DNA of 64,000 nt from Candidatus Omnitrophota bacterium (GCA_035292445.1 DATDQB010000020.1:91484-155483); one strand, 5' to 3'. Shown: positions 29,073 to 39,375, numbered from the stretch's first letter. Translations and numbers: made by a program. Notes: generated from the letters alone by a model not told the origin.

Positions 29073-29483
29073 TTACTTGTTGGGTTGATGGCTTTTTTGC
29101 CCTGATGATCCAACGACTTTGATGGTGCGAAGAAGCTCTTCCATATTCACGGGTTTTGTCAAGTATGCCTCGGCCCCCATCTCCATGCCGATTTCAACGT
29201 CTTCCATCCGGTCGCGGGCTGTCAAGAGAATAATCGGGATGTGTTTTTTCTTATCCTCACTTTTTAACAGCCGGCAAAAATTATAGCCATTAATGATAGG
29301 CATCATCACATCGAGAATAATAAGATCCGGGTGCTCGTTGATGGCAAATTGAAGGCCATCGGCCGCCTGGTCCGCGGTTTTGACCTCATAACCTTTAGCG
29401 CTCAGGGTGGATTGCAGGAGTTTAATCAAGACAGGATCGTCGTCAACGACCAGGATCTTCCTGATTTTCATTGCTTCGCTCAT
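29073..29483 (-). CDS. Single-domain response regulator
   Basis: VVDDD, LDVMMP, LTA, KP. Confidence 0.88.
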   Translation of the reverse strand: MSEAMKIRKILVVDDDPVLIKLLQSTLSAKGYEVKTADQAADGLQFAINEHPDLIILDVMMPIINGYNFCRLLKSEDKKKHIPIILLTARDRMEDVEIGMEMGAEAYLTKPVNMEELLRTIKVVGSSGQKSHQPNK

Positions 29484-29546
29484 GCTATCATTCTATCCTT
29501 TTGAAAATCGCTAAACAAGACTTTGGTCAACTTTCTTGGATCAATT

Positions 29547-30320
29547 TCATGTCTTTAAACCGATGCCTTTGTGAAGGAAATATAAGTTAATACACCCTAA
29601 ACCCGCGGCGAAGATGACCAGCAGCATAAGGCTTAAAAAAACATTAACGTCCGAGATCCCATAAAATCCATAACGAAACCCATCGACCATGTACAAAATA
29701 GGGTTGAATTTTGAAACCGCCTGCCAAAACAAAGGCAGATCATGGATCGAATAAAAAACGCCCCCCAAATAAATTAAGGGGGTCAGGATAAACATCGGAA
29801 AAATGCTGATATCATCAAAACTTTTGGCAAAAATGGCGTTCAATAACCCTCCCAAAGAGAAAACAACGGAAGTTAGTATGATAAATAAGAAAATAAAGCC
29901 TAAATGGTGAATGACAGGCTTGGTAAAAAACACGGAAACTACAAAAACAAGGCTTCCCACGCACAAGCCGCGAAGAATACCCCCCGTTGCATAACCGGCC
30001 ACTACCACCCAATTCGGCGTCGGGGAAACGAGAAGCTCCTCAATACTGCGCTGGAATTTGTTGCCGAAGAACGAGCTCACCACGTTGGAAAACGAGTTGT
30101 TGATGACCGCCATCATCACCAAACCCGGCACGATGAAGGCCATGTAACTGACGCCCTGGATGTCGCGGATCTGCGAGCCGATGAACTTCCCGAAGATGAC
30201 AAAATAAAGGGCCTGCGTAATAACAGGCGGAATAAGCGTCTGGCTCCAGATCCGCACGAACCGCGTCACTTCTTTGCGGACGATGGTGCTGAAGGCGATA
30301 TAGTTGGACTTGTAATTCAT
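29547..30320 (-). CDS. ABC-2 permease (YadH-like)
   Basis: RFVRIW.QTL.PP, FNPILYMV.GFR. Confidence 0.9.
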   Translation of the reverse strand: MNYKSNYIAFSTIVRKEVTRFVRIWSQTLIPPVITQALYFVIFGKFIGSQIRDIQGVSYMAFIVPGLVMMAVINNSFSNVVSSFFGNKFQRSIEELLVSPTPNWVVVAGYATGGILRGLCVGSLVFVVSVFFTKPVIHHLGFIFLFIILTSVVFSLGGLLNAIFAKSFDDISIFPMFILTPLIYLGGVFYSIHDLPLFWQAVSKFNPILYMVDGFRYGFYGISDVNVFLSLMLLVIFAAGLGCINLYFLHKGIGLKT

Positions 30321-30326
30321 GATTAA

Positions 30327-30406
30327 GCTTTCAGTCGTCAGCTATCAGTCATCAGAAGTCATCAGACTGACGACTTCTGACGACTGAAGACTGATGACTG
30401 AAGACT
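30327..30406. repeat. Heptamer (GTCATCA-type) inverted-repeat hairpin
   Basis: gctttca gtcgtca gctatca gtcatca gaa gtcatca g | a | complementary arm. Confidence 0.88.
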
Positions 30407-31310
30407 ATTTTTTCAATAGTTCCAAAAATAACTTATCCATTCTATTTCCCTTTGGCCGCAAGTCATGGATCACCATGCCTAGGGCGTTGACCTTATGGAC
30501 AAACTCGCCCAGGCGCCTTTTCTTGTCGAGATCGACTTCAAAAACGTTAACATCAACGATCTTTGCGTTATATTCGCTGAGCTTCTCGATGGATTTGATC
30601 TCTTCGGCATGGACAACGTACGTTTCGACATCAAGAAGTTTCAATAACTGCGAAACACGGTCATACGCGATGATCTCGCCATTTTTGATCATGGCGGCGC
30701 TGCGGCACATCTGCTCCACTTCCTCCAGATAATGCGTGGTCAAAAGGATCGTCGTCCCCTGGCGGTTCAACTCGGACAAGAATTCCCACATCGAATAGCG
30801 CAATTCCACGTCCACGCCCGCGGTCGGTTCATCCAGGATCAAAAGCTTGGGATGGTTGATCAGCGCCCGGGCGATCATGAGCCGGCGCTTCATCCCTCCG
30901 GACAAGCTACGGGAGGGATGGTCCCGCTTCTCCCACAACATCAATTTCTTAAGAAGCACTTCAGAATCCTTAAGCGCTTTGCTTCGCTCGATCCCAAAAT
31001 AACCAGCCTGGTTAACGATGATATCCTGCACTTTCTCGAACATATTAAAATTCAATTCTTGCGGCACAACCCCCATCAACTCCTTGGCCTGCGGATGCTG
31101 GTGATCGATATCATGCCCGAATATGCGGACAGACCCTTCGGTTTTGAGCACAAGACCGGTCATGATGCCGATGATCGTCGTCTTGCCGGCGCCGTTGGCG
31201 CCCAGAAGGGCGCAGAAATCCCCGGCGGTCACCTGCAAATCAACGCCCTTTAAGGCCACGGTGCCGTTGGCATAGGTTTTCTTTAAATCCTTAATGTGAA
31301 TGGCCTGCAT
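30405..31310 (-). CDS. ABC ATPase (YadG-like)
   Basis: GANGAGKT, LSGGMKRR, DEPTAGVD. Confidence 0.92.
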   Translation of the reverse strand: MQAIHIKDLKKTYANGTVALKGVDLQVTAGDFCALLGANGAGKTTIIGIMTGLVLKTEGSVRIFGHDIDHQHPQAKELMGVVPQELNFNMFEKVQDIIVNQAGYFGIERSKALKDSEVLLKKLMLWEKRDHPSRSLSGGMKRRLMIARALINHPKLLILDEPTAGVDVELRYSMWEFLSELNRQGTTILLTTHYLEEVEQMCRSAAMIKNGEIIAYDRVSQLLKLLDVETYVVHAEEIKSIEKLSEYNAKIVDVNVFEVDLDKKRRLGEFVHKVNALGMVIHDLRPKGNRMDKLFLELLKK

Positions 31311-31317
31311 AAAGAGA

Positions 31318-32166
31318 TTATTTCTTTACAAGAGAATAAAACTTCGGTTTTTTGCGGGAACTAAGAAGGGCGAGATTGTCCTCCGGAAATTCTTTCCATT
31401 CAAACCGACCTTCCCCTGGGACAATCGAGGAAATTATCGATAAACGGTTTTCTTTATCGTACGTGTAGTAAAGCGAATTGCCTTTACGAAAAGCCCATAC
31501 CTCTTTGCCGTCCGCCAAAAAGAAATTCAGCGACTGAGGCTTATCTTTCGTATGTGCCAACAACTCTTCAACCGCATTCATTAATCCTTTGCGGACATTA
31601 CTGTCGGCCTCATCGATCTTTTTTACCAAATAAATAAAGTACAATTCCGAATCAATCCATGAATCAGGCGGGTTGCTGACGCATATTTGAGGAGAATTTT
31701 GCTTTAAGTATTCCTCTCCTATGAGGCTCATCAACAATTGCTTGTCAATGCCGCCGTTATGGCCGAACAGCCAATTTCTGCCGTTATGAAAAAGCTGGAA
31801 AGGATAAGGATCAGGGGTATCGCCGTTACACCCGGAAGAAGCCTGGCGCAGATGCCCGATCACGATATTGGCCTGCGTCTTAGCGGCATAATCGACCGCT
31901 TGGTCGAATTTTTCATCTTGTGAAGAGGATTTTTCGGAACGCGCCACCAGAGCCGTCGTCCCCTTATAAAACGAAATGGACCAGCCATCGGCAAATTCAT
32001 TGCCCAGATGTTTCAAGGATTGCGGTAACTGCAATAATTGCTCTTTGACGATGTCGGAAGAAATCGATTTGGTATTGGCTACCCAAAAGCGGCTGGCTTC
32101 CGCGGAGGAAATGGAAACACACATCCCAACAACGATCAACAGGATAACATAGGTGTGCCCTTTCAT
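31318..32166 (-). CDS. Secreted class II glutamine-amidotransferase-like (Ntn) protein
   Basis: Signal peptide ...AEA|SRFW, DGW, HLRQAS, FGHNG, DSE, LNF. Confidence 0.75.
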   Translation of the reverse strand: MKGHTYVILLIVVGMCVSISSAEASRFWVANTKSISSDIVKEQLLQLPQSLKHLGNEFADGWSISFYKGTTALVARSEKSSSQDEKFDQAVDYAAKTQANIVIGHLRQASSGCNGDTPDPYPFQLFHNGRNWLFGHNGGIDKQLLMSLIGEEYLKQNSPQICVSNPPDSWIDSELYFIYLVKKIDEADSNVRKGLMNAVEELLAHTKDKPQSLNFFLADGKEVWAFRKGNSLYYTYDKENRLSIISSIVPGEGRFEWKEFPEDNLALLSSRKKPKFYSLVKK

Positions 32167-32261
32167 AATACCCTCCTCTTATGAAACTTAATCAATAAGC
32201 CTAAAGGTATATTAATCTTAAACCTGCCACTTTGCCACAATAAATTAAAGAAAAGCGTTCA

Positions 32262-32894
32262 TTATTGAGACATGAGCGCTTGTTGAACGGCTTGCTGGTA
32301 TTGTTGCTGGATAGCCTGCTGTATCTGGGCCTGAATGGCCTGCTGGATTTGGGCCTGAATCGCTTGTTGTTGCTGCATGATGAGTTGCTGGGCCACCTGC
32401 TGCTGCACGGCCCGTTGGACGACGGCCCGCTGAATCGCCTGTTGCTGCGCCATGACAACCGCCCGTTGGACAATTTGTTGCTGAATAGCCCGCTGAACGG
32501 TCTGTTGAATGGCGTGCTGGACAACCGTCTGGGCGATACGCTGCTGGATGGTTTGTTGCATGGCCTGCTGGATCATCGCCTGGGCCACTTGTTGTTGGCG
32601 CTGGGCCAGCGTCTGCTGGGCTGCTTGAACATAAGCCTGTTGGATGGCCTGTTGAATAACAGCTTGCTGAAGCCCTTGCATAAGCGTCTGCTCAATAGCG
32701 GCCTCAACAATGGCCTGGTTCACGTTCAGCTGCTGTTGAATGACCGTTTGTTGCACCGCCATCGCGACCATTTGACGATAAGTGTTAATAACAATCTGCT
32801 GGATAATCGGATCAACGGTTTCCTGACCGCGGCCAATGCCGGTGGGAAGCAATAAAAAAACCAACAAAACCATGGGGATCTTATTTTTCATCAT
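32262..32894 (-). CDS. Secreted glutamine-rich low-complexity protein
   Basis: Signal peptide followed by ~170 aa of Q/A/I/V repeats; GGAG RBS, co-directional with neighbours. Confidence 0.7.
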   Translation of the reverse strand: MMKNKIPMVLLVFLLLPTGIGRGQETVDPIIQQIVINTYRQMVAMAVQQTVIQQQLNVNQAIVEAAIEQTLMQGLQQAVIQQAIQQAYVQAAQQTLAQRQQQVAQAMIQQAMQQTIQQRIAQTVVQHAIQQTVQRAIQQQIVQRAVVMAQQQAIQRAVVQRAVQQQVAQQLIMQQQQAIQAQIQQAIQAQIQQAIQQQYQQAVQQALMSQ

Positions 32895-32911
32895 CTTTCT
32901 CCAACGTTCGT

Positions 32912-33604
32912 TTATTCCGGAATAGTTTCGCCTTTTAATATCGGCGGTAATCTTAGGGCGTCTATCCGCAAGCCGCCGTCATGTTCAATTTTAATGGTAT
33001 AAAGGATGCCGGGGACAAACATGGTTCCCGGCGCTTCGATTTGCGCGTTTTTGATGCCGACTTTTTTGGCCTTCTGCGGGTTCAGCGCGTATTCCCAAAA
33101 TTGCTGCCACAACCTTTTCTCCAAAGGATAATCCCCGTCAGCCAATTTGTAACCATCAGGTATCGTGTGCGCCTGGGTGATGTCATATTCCTGGGTATTG
33201 GTGCCGTCCAGCATAAAAACTTTCCAGAATAAATAGGCGCTTTTGCCCTTTAAGGCATCGCCCCGGCGGATATGGATATCGTCAAAACGCACGATGAGCG
33301 TCTGAAACTGAATAATATTGCCAGAGAACGTAAAATATTTCGCCTCCATCGGCTTACCTTTACTATCATACTCCAAAAATTTGATCGTGGTATACGTCTT
33401 TTGGTTTTTTTCGTCATAACGGACGTTGGTGACCAAGACCTCGGCGGCCCTGGAATCCGCTTCCAGGCGGCTGACGATCTGTTTAAGGACGTAATTTTCG
33501 TGTTTATATCTTGAGAACAGATCGTACCCGAAATAACCCGCGACCGCCAGGACACCTAAAAGAATGATAAGTTTAAAAAACCTAAGATCGGACACTTTCT
33601 TCAT
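32912..33604 (-). CDS. Hypothetical membrane-anchored protein
   Basis: N-terminal TM helix, RBS, 230 aa ORF. Confidence 0.7.
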   Translation of the reverse strand: MKKVSDLRFFKLIILLGVLAVAGYFGYDLFSRYKHENYVLKQIVSRLEADSRAAEVLVTNVRYDEKNQKTYTTIKFLEYDSKGKPMEAKYFTFSGNIIQFQTLIVRFDDIHIRRGDALKGKSAYLFWKVFMLDGTNTQEYDITQAHTIPDGYKLADGDYPLEKRLWQQFWEYALNPQKAKKVGIKNAQIEAPGTMFVPGILYTIKIEHDGGLRIDALRLPPILKGETIPE

Positions 33605-33622
33605 GGTTGGTCCTCTTTGGGA

Positions 33623-34540
33623 TTAAATAGCCCTTAAATACGCCTCTTCCTCTTTTGGTTTCTTCTCATGCCCCTGCTGCTGCAGCGTCACGGCCTTCGC
33701 CAATACCTGGGCGGCCATCTCGTCCTTGCCGGCGGCTTTTAAATTCAAACTTAAAAAATAATAAGCCTCGGCGTAATCAGGATCTATCTCAATGGCCTGC
33801 TGCAGAAAATAGATCGACTTTTGATAATCTTCAAGATGGTAGGACGCCACCCCCGCGTAATAATAAAACATCTCCTGGGAATTCAACCCTATGGAAACGG
33901 CTTCATTGGCCAGCGCGATCGCTTTGCCGTAATCCTTAAGGGCAAGGTAACTTAAGATAAGCAACCGATGACATTCGCTGTAACCGGCCTTTAGCCGGGG
34001 CAGGATGATCTCCCCTAAATTCACCACCCCCGTCAACGCCCGTTGGTATTCGATCGATTTTGTGATGATCAACATCGCCATTTCAGGGTTCTTCTTCCGG
34101 GCCATCTCAAAATACTTGACCGCCTTTTCATGGTCGCCTTTTTTATAATAAATGACGCCGAGATTATAGGGAAACCAAAAAAAGTACGGGTTCAATACAG
34201 CGGCTTTCTCCAAAGAAGCGATCGCCTTTTTTTCCTTACCCAAATAATAATAACTGATGCCCAAAAACCCGTGGGCATCGGCCAGCTGCGGCAGAAACTG
34301 CACGACCTTTTCATAATAACGCTCATATTGTTCAAACATTTCCTTATCGGCCGCTGTATTGGGTTCCCGTTCACCGAGCCTGATAAGATGCGTAAACCCC
34401 CCCGGCATATTGTGATTAAGCGTACGGATGATCACCCTCTCGCGGATCACTTTGTAATCGACAATAAGAAGCGAGGCGCCGAAAAGGGCGAGATATAAAA
34501 CGGCGCCACGCGTTAGGATGAACTTAACCGCTGATTTCAT
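33623..34540 (-). CDS. Membrane-anchored TPR protein
   Basis: TPR consensus (AH..LG..YY..G....AI....KA..LNP). Confidence 0.85.
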   Translation of the reverse strand: MKSAVKFILTRGAVLYLALFGASLLIVDYKVIRERVIIRTLNHNMPGGFTHLIRLGEREPNTAADKEMFEQYERYYEKVVQFLPQLADAHGFLGISYYYLGKEKKAIASLEKAAVLNPYFFWFPYNLGVIYYKKGDHEKAVKYFEMARKKNPEMAMLIITKSIEYQRALTGVVNLGEIILPRLKAGYSECHRLLILSYLALKDYGKAIALANEAVSIGLNSQEMFYYYAGVASYHLEDYQKSIYFLQQAIEIDPDYAEAYYFLSLNLKAAGKDEMAAQVLAKAVTLQQQGHEKKPKEEEAYLRAI

Positions 34541-36677
34541 AAGACGGATTCTCTTTTATCGCTGCGATGATCAATAACAAAAAGGTCAATGAAAATAGCC
34601 CCACATAAAAATATTCTATTCCGTAATCGATGGGAGAACGAAAACGCAACACGAGCGTGTTCTTCCCCTCCGGCAGCCAAACCCCTTTAAAAGAAATATT
34701 CGTTCGCCGAACCGGTGTTCTTTGGCCGTTAACAAAGGCTTGCCAATCAGAATGATAATTGTCGTTATAGACCAAAAATTTAGGCTTGTTATAACCGGTT
34801 TCTATCTTGATACCGTTGAGATCGAAATCCGAAACCTTGAACTGTCCGCTTTCGCCCTCGATGGGTTGCGGCTCAAGGGAAGCGTTTGCGCTTCCAGAAA
34901 AATGATCAACACCCTCTGCGGATTCGATATAAGCGATGTTCTCCCGATCCCTCCATGAACGCTCAAACTCTTTTAAGGCAACCCGATCATCCTCAACGGC
35001 CTTTGTTTTATCATAAACAATAAATTTATAACGGGCGTATTCCGAGAACATATCATCATCCACCCCATTCAAAAGAACATATAGCCATCGCGTGGAGTAA
35101 TAAAGCTGGCGCCCTTTTATGGAAAACTTATTTTCGCCTTCTTCGCTTTTGTGGTACGCCCGCTGATATTCAAATGTAAGTGATGCTGGCATCTCTTTTT
35201 CCAAAGCAACCGCGTGAAAGGCATTGCGGCTGACAAACAAGTACGTCTGCAGCGGCTGGATACCGACAAGGATAATAAGGGATATCAGCAGATTTCTCGG
35301 TGAAAAAAACTTTTCCAAACCGGCGTTGGCCGTCCGTCTTACATAGAGGCTGCACCAAACAAAGCTGAGAAAGACCGTCGCATAGGAAGTTATGCTCACG
35401 CCTTTCTGTAAAAAAAGAAAAACGGCAAAAACGGCGTGGATGAGAAAAACATACAAACCGGCAAGAACCGCATCTTTTCTACGATGGGCCTCAAACGCCA
35501 GAAGCTGACGGAATTGCTCCGACAACAACAAAATAAAGACAGGCAAAACAAGAACCCAGAAAAAATAATAAGATTGCCTGATGTATTTAAAATAAAAAAC
35601 GTGTTCCATGAGAAAATCGTAAAGAGGCGTCGTTGTCGTCAATCCGATCAAAAGGATGATAAAGGCCCACACCGCCATAAAAACCATTTTCTTGTTTAAC
35701 GTTGTTCCCAAGCCAAGCAACAACACAAGATAGGCAAAAACAGGCACATAGGCCACCCCCAGCTCCATCTCATCATGGCCGGAAAAAAGTTTATCGAAAT
35801 AAACCTGCGAGGTTATATCCCCTCCCGCTATATTACGCTCGCTGACGGTGAAAATATTCCCTCCCTGCGCCTCCTGCTGGCGGGCCGGCAGGGCCAATTC
35901 GCCGGATGCGGCGTCTTTATAAAGCCTGTAACCGGGGATCAATGATAATAGAATAAAAAGACAGCACAAAAAGGCAACGAACCTATTCTTTCCGGCAAAT
36001 TGGCCATAACGTGAAAAAATCGTCCGCAACGATTTCATATAAAAGAAAACGAACAGAATTAGAAACGTCACAAAGATTGTGATGAAGTAAAACGGGATAT
36101 ACGTCGTCAGTATCACCATCGATGAGAAGGTCAATCCCCAGGCGTGCACTTGCTTGGGCTCTTGGGTGAAGGCAACGAGAAAATAAAAGAACCAGAAATA
36201 AGGCACAAAGATAAGCTGGATATAACTGAAGAAAAGCATGGTGCTTAGGGAAGAAAAAAGCAGCAGAAGAAACCCTAAAAAGGCGGCCCGTTCGTCCTTC
36301 ACGAGCCGCTTGGCCAAAAGATAGAAACCGACCATGCCCAAAAAATAATAAACGGCCAAAAACCAAAGATAAGCCCCATGCCAACTCAGTCCGAGCTTAT
36401 TCAAAAGAAAGATAACGAAATAAAGCGGGTTGTAATTGCCGATGCGCCGCAGGAAAAACTCCCAGGGAATACCGTAATACCAGTCTGGGTCCCATAAAGG
36501 ATAAACACCGTGGAATAAATTGACAAGATAGAACTTGATGGACAAAGCGTACTGGACGGCATCCAGCACCAACGAAAGTTCTCCGGAAAGAAAGCCTCGG
36601 AACATAAAGACCCAAAGAAGAAAAGACAGCAGGAATGGCCAGGGGATTTGTTTTAAGGCAGCGGGTTTCTTGAACAT
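34524..36677 (-). CDS. YfhO-like polytopic membrane protein (GT-C-like)
   Basis: PLWDP...G.P, many TM helices, C-terminal LVYNDNYH.DWQA.VNG...GV.LP.G. Confidence 0.78.
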   Translation of the reverse strand: MFKKPAALKQIPWPFLLSFLLWVFMFRGFLSGELSLVLDAVQYALSIKFYLVNLFHGVYPLWDPDWYYGIPWEFFLRRIGNYNPLYFVIFLLNKLGLSWHGAYLWFLAVYYFLGMVGFYLLAKRLVKDERAAFLGFLLLLFSSLSTMLFFSYIQLIFVPYFWFFYFLVAFTQEPKQVHAWGLTFSSMVILTTYIPFYFITIFVTFLILFVFFYMKSLRTIFSRYGQFAGKNRFVAFLCCLFILLSLIPGYRLYKDAASGELALPARQQEAQGGNIFTVSERNIAGGDITSQVYFDKLFSGHDEMELGVAYVPVFAYLVLLLGLGTTLNKKMVFMAVWAFIILLIGLTTTTPLYDFLMEHVFYFKYIRQSYYFFWVLVLPVFILLLSEQFRQLLAFEAHRRKDAVLAGLYVFLIHAVFAVFLFLQKGVSITSYATVFLSFVWCSLYVRRTANAGLEKFFSPRNLLISLIILVGIQPLQTYLFVSRNAFHAVALEKEMPASLTFEYQRAYHKSEEGENKFSIKGRQLYYSTRWLYVLLNGVDDDMFSEYARYKFIVYDKTKAVEDDRVALKEFERSWRDRENIAYIESAEGVDHFSGSANASLEPQPIEGESGQFKVSDFDLNGIKIETGYNKPKFLVYNDNYHSDWQAFVNGQRTPVRRTNISFKGVWLPEGKNTLVLRFRSPIDYGIEYFYVGLFSLTFLLLIIAAIKENPSYEISG

Positions 36678-36771
36678 AAAAAAATTCGGGCCTAAAATTC
36701 ATTGAGAAATGATCGAATATATACTAACATAAAAAAAGAAGGTGGAATTATAAAATATTTTTCTTAATACT

Positions 36772-36960
36772 ATGTTAGAATCATTTTCCTTCAATTGCCC
36801 CTATTGCGCTTCCTTGAACACAAGCCCTCTTGACCCTTCTCAAGGAAACCGGCAGGAGTGGATAACGGACTGCGAGGTCTGCTGCAGGCCTATCCTTGTC
36901 CGGATCGAATTGGACGGCGAAGAATTACTTTCCGTTTCCGTCCACCAAGAAAATGAATAA
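36772..36960 (+). CDS. CPXCG-type cysteine-rich small protein
   Basis: CPYC...DCEVCCRP. Confidence 0.82.
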   Translation: MLESFSFNCPYCASLNTSPLDPSQGNRQEWITDCEVCCRPILVRIELDGEELLSVSVHQENE

Positions 36961-36967
36961 GTATGTT

Positions 36968-38599
36968 TTAGGCAGACTGAAAGATTTGATAAAGGGCAGC
37001 GCGCTGCTGCTTGGTGCGCTCATCTTCAAGATAGTCATCGAAGGTAGTGCCCATCCGGTCGATATAACCACTGGGCGTGATCTCGATGATGCGGTTCGCC
37101 ACCGTTTGGATGAATTGATGGTCGTGGGAAGAAAAAAAGACCGTCCCGCGGTAGCGTTCGAGCCCCTCATTCAGGGCGGTGATCGATTCCAGGTCCAAAT
37201 GATTGGTCGGCTCATCCAGGATAAGGACGTTGGCGCCGACCAGCATCATCCGTGAAAGCATCAAACGTACCCGCTCCCCGCCGGAGAGAACCTTGGCCTT
37301 CTTCAGCGCCTCTTCTCCGGAAAATAACATGCGCCCCAAAAATCCGCGGATGAACGTTTCGTCCTTTTCACTCGAATATTGCCTCAACCAATCGATCAAG
37401 TTCAGGTCACCATCAAAATATTTACTATTCTCTTTGGGAAAATAAGCGCGGTTGGTCGATGCCCCCCATTTAAAAGCGCCCTTATCGGCCTGCGCCTCCC
37501 CAGTAAGGATCTGGAACAAGGCCGTTTTGGCAACGTCAAAGCGCCCGACAAAAGCGATCTTGTCCCCCTTATTGACCTCGATGTTCAAACCTTTAAAAAC
37601 AACTCCGCCTTCGAGCGATTTACTTAAGAATTCGATGTGTAACAAATCGTTGCCAGCGTCTTTCTCGAACTGAAAACCCACGTAAGGGTATTTTCTCGAG
37701 GAAGGACGGATGTCTTCCAGCGTCAATTTCTCCAGTGTTTTTTTGCGGGATGTCGCTTGGCGGGACTTGGAGGCGTTCGCGCTGAAACGGGCGATAAAAT
37801 CCTGCAATTCCTTTCTTTTCTCTTCGGTCCTTTTATTTTGATCCTGCCTCTGGCGTAACGCCAACCGGCTGGATTCCAGCCAGAACGAATAATTCCCGGG
37901 ATAGAGCTGGATCCGCCCGAAATCAATATCGGCAATATGGGTGCAAACCTTATCCAAAAAATGGCGGTCATGGGAGACAACAATGGCGATATTTTCAAAA
38001 TTGTACAAAAATTCTTCCAACCACATGCCTGTTTCAATATCCAATTGGTTGGTAGGTTCATCCAACAGCAAGATATCCGGATTTCCGAAAAGGGCCTGCG
38101 CCAATAAGACCCTCACCTTCTGCCCCGCTTCCAATTGCTTCATTTTTTGGGTATGCAGATCTTCCGGTATACCCAGATTATTCAATAATTTGGCCGCGTC
38201 CGTCTGCGCATTCCAGCCATCGAGTTCGGTGAATTCAGCCTCCAGCTCCGATGCCCGCAACCCGTCCGCTTCGCTGAATTGGGGATTAGCGTAAATGGCA
38301 TCCTTTTCTTTCATCACCTCATAAAGCCTTTTATGGCCCATGATGACGGTTTCCAGGATCTCATAATCGTCAAAAGCGAATTGATCCTGCTTAAGGACCG
38401 AGATGCGCTTGCCCGGGGCGACCACCACTTCACCGGTCGTGGTTTCCAACTCTCCCGACAAAAGCTTCAGAAAGGTGGATTTGCCGCTGCCGTTGGCGCC
38501 GATAATGCCGTAACAGTTCCCCGGTGAGAACGTGATATTGACGCCATCAAAAAGCTTGCGCTTGCCAAATTGTAGGGATACGCCGTTGGCCGAGATCAT
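36968..38599 (-). CDS. ABC-F ATPase (YbiT-like)
   Basis: Two ABC domains, DEPTN twice, RFSANASKSRQATSR linker. Confidence 0.92.
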   Translation of the reverse strand: MISANGVSLQFGKRKLFDGVNITFSPGNCYGIIGANGSGKSTFLKLLSGELETTTGEVVVAPGKRISVLKQDQFAFDDYEILETVIMGHKRLYEVMKEKDAIYANPQFSEADGLRASELEAEFTELDGWNAQTDAAKLLNNLGIPEDLHTQKMKQLEAGQKVRVLLAQALFGNPDILLLDEPTNQLDIETGMWLEEFLYNFENIAIVVSHDRHFLDKVCTHIADIDFGRIQLYPGNYSFWLESSRLALRQRQDQNKRTEEKRKELQDFIARFSANASKSRQATSRKKTLEKLTLEDIRPSSRKYPYVGFQFEKDAGNDLLHIEFLSKSLEGGVVFKGLNIEVNKGDKIAFVGRFDVAKTALFQILTGEAQADKGAFKWGASTNRAYFPKENSKYFDGDLNLIDWLRQYSSEKDETFIRGFLGRMLFSGEEALKKAKVLSGGERVRLMLSRMMLVGANVLILDEPTNHLDLESITALNEGLERYRGTVFFSSHDHQFIQTVANRIIEITPSGYIDRMGTTFDDYLEDERTKQQRAALYQIFQSA

Positions 38600-38605
38600 T
38601 TCGTC

Positions 38606-39193
38606 TTACCTTGCTCTTTTCTTATTAAAAGCGATGAATGCCAGCAGGCCCTGCCCTAATAAGAGAAGGCTGTGCGGTTCAGGAATAACGGGAGTTCGAG
38701 GAAGGTTGGTATTAACGGCCCATCCCCCCAAATTGCTGAAGGTCTGGTTCGTGCCAGAACCGATAGGAGTGAACCATACATCGGTCGGTTGGTTAAAAGG
38801 ATTCGACCCCCATTTAAAATTCCAGCTGCCGCCATCATTGGGATTGCCATCCTCGTCATAATACCCCCATATAAGATTTACTGTCGGGGATGACCCCATG
38901 ATGGATGCATGAAGGTCGAACAGCGTAGGATCGGCCGGTGCCGCCAGTTTCAGCTGCTCGATCTCCACAAAAGTCGCAATATGAAAATCACTGCCCAATA
39001 AAAAGGTATGGATGTCCGTATAGCTCATCCCTAAAAAGTTGTCGACATCCATCCAAGTAAAACCCGTAGCCTGATCCTTAAAAAACCCCTGGCCGTTGGC
39101 ATCCGAAAGATCGACAATGAATGCCTGGGCTTTGGAGCCGCCACACAATAACAACAGGATAATAATCCCGCCTATCACATATTTTCTAAACAT
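38606..39193 (-). CDS. PEP-CTERM sorting-domain protein
   Basis: Signal peptide; C-terminal IPEP + hydrophobic helix + KKRAR. Confidence 0.85.
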   Translation of the reverse strand: MFRKYVIGGIIILLLLCGGSKAQAFIVDLSDANGQGFFKDQATGFTWMDVDNFLGMSYTDIHTFLLGSDFHIATFVEIEQLKLAAPADPTLFDLHASIMGSSPTVNLIWGYYDEDGNPNDGGSWNFKWGSNPFNQPTDVWFTPIGSGTNQTFSNLGGWAVNTNLPRTPVIPEPHSLLLLGQGLLAFIAFNKKRAR

Positions 39194-39237
39194 TTTTTAT
39201 AAAAACCCCCTGCCCCCAACGTTTTAAGGGCTTCAAA

Positions 39238-39266
39238 AGTATAACCTTTCCAGAGAGTTATGTCAA
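39238..39266 (-). promoter_or_regulatory. Sigma70-like promoter
   Basis: TTGACA-N17-TATACT. Confidence 0.7.
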
Positions 39267-39375
39267 TTTTTTGAAGCTACCTGGCCTTATCCATCAAGAT
39301 GGAAAATTTTTCACATTATCCTATTTACCAAAGGAGACAAAAAGACTATACTTTTATCAAAAGGTTCAACCAATA

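Noticed and set aside
19581-30406. Heptamer arrays as CRISPR
   Set aside because: Units are 7 nt, inverted, without spacers; no cas genes
32201-32855. Overlapping ORFs 32265-32855 (+) and 32201-32524 (-)
   Set aside because: Shadow frames of the Gln-rich gene; CAG/CAA repeats leave other frames stop-poor
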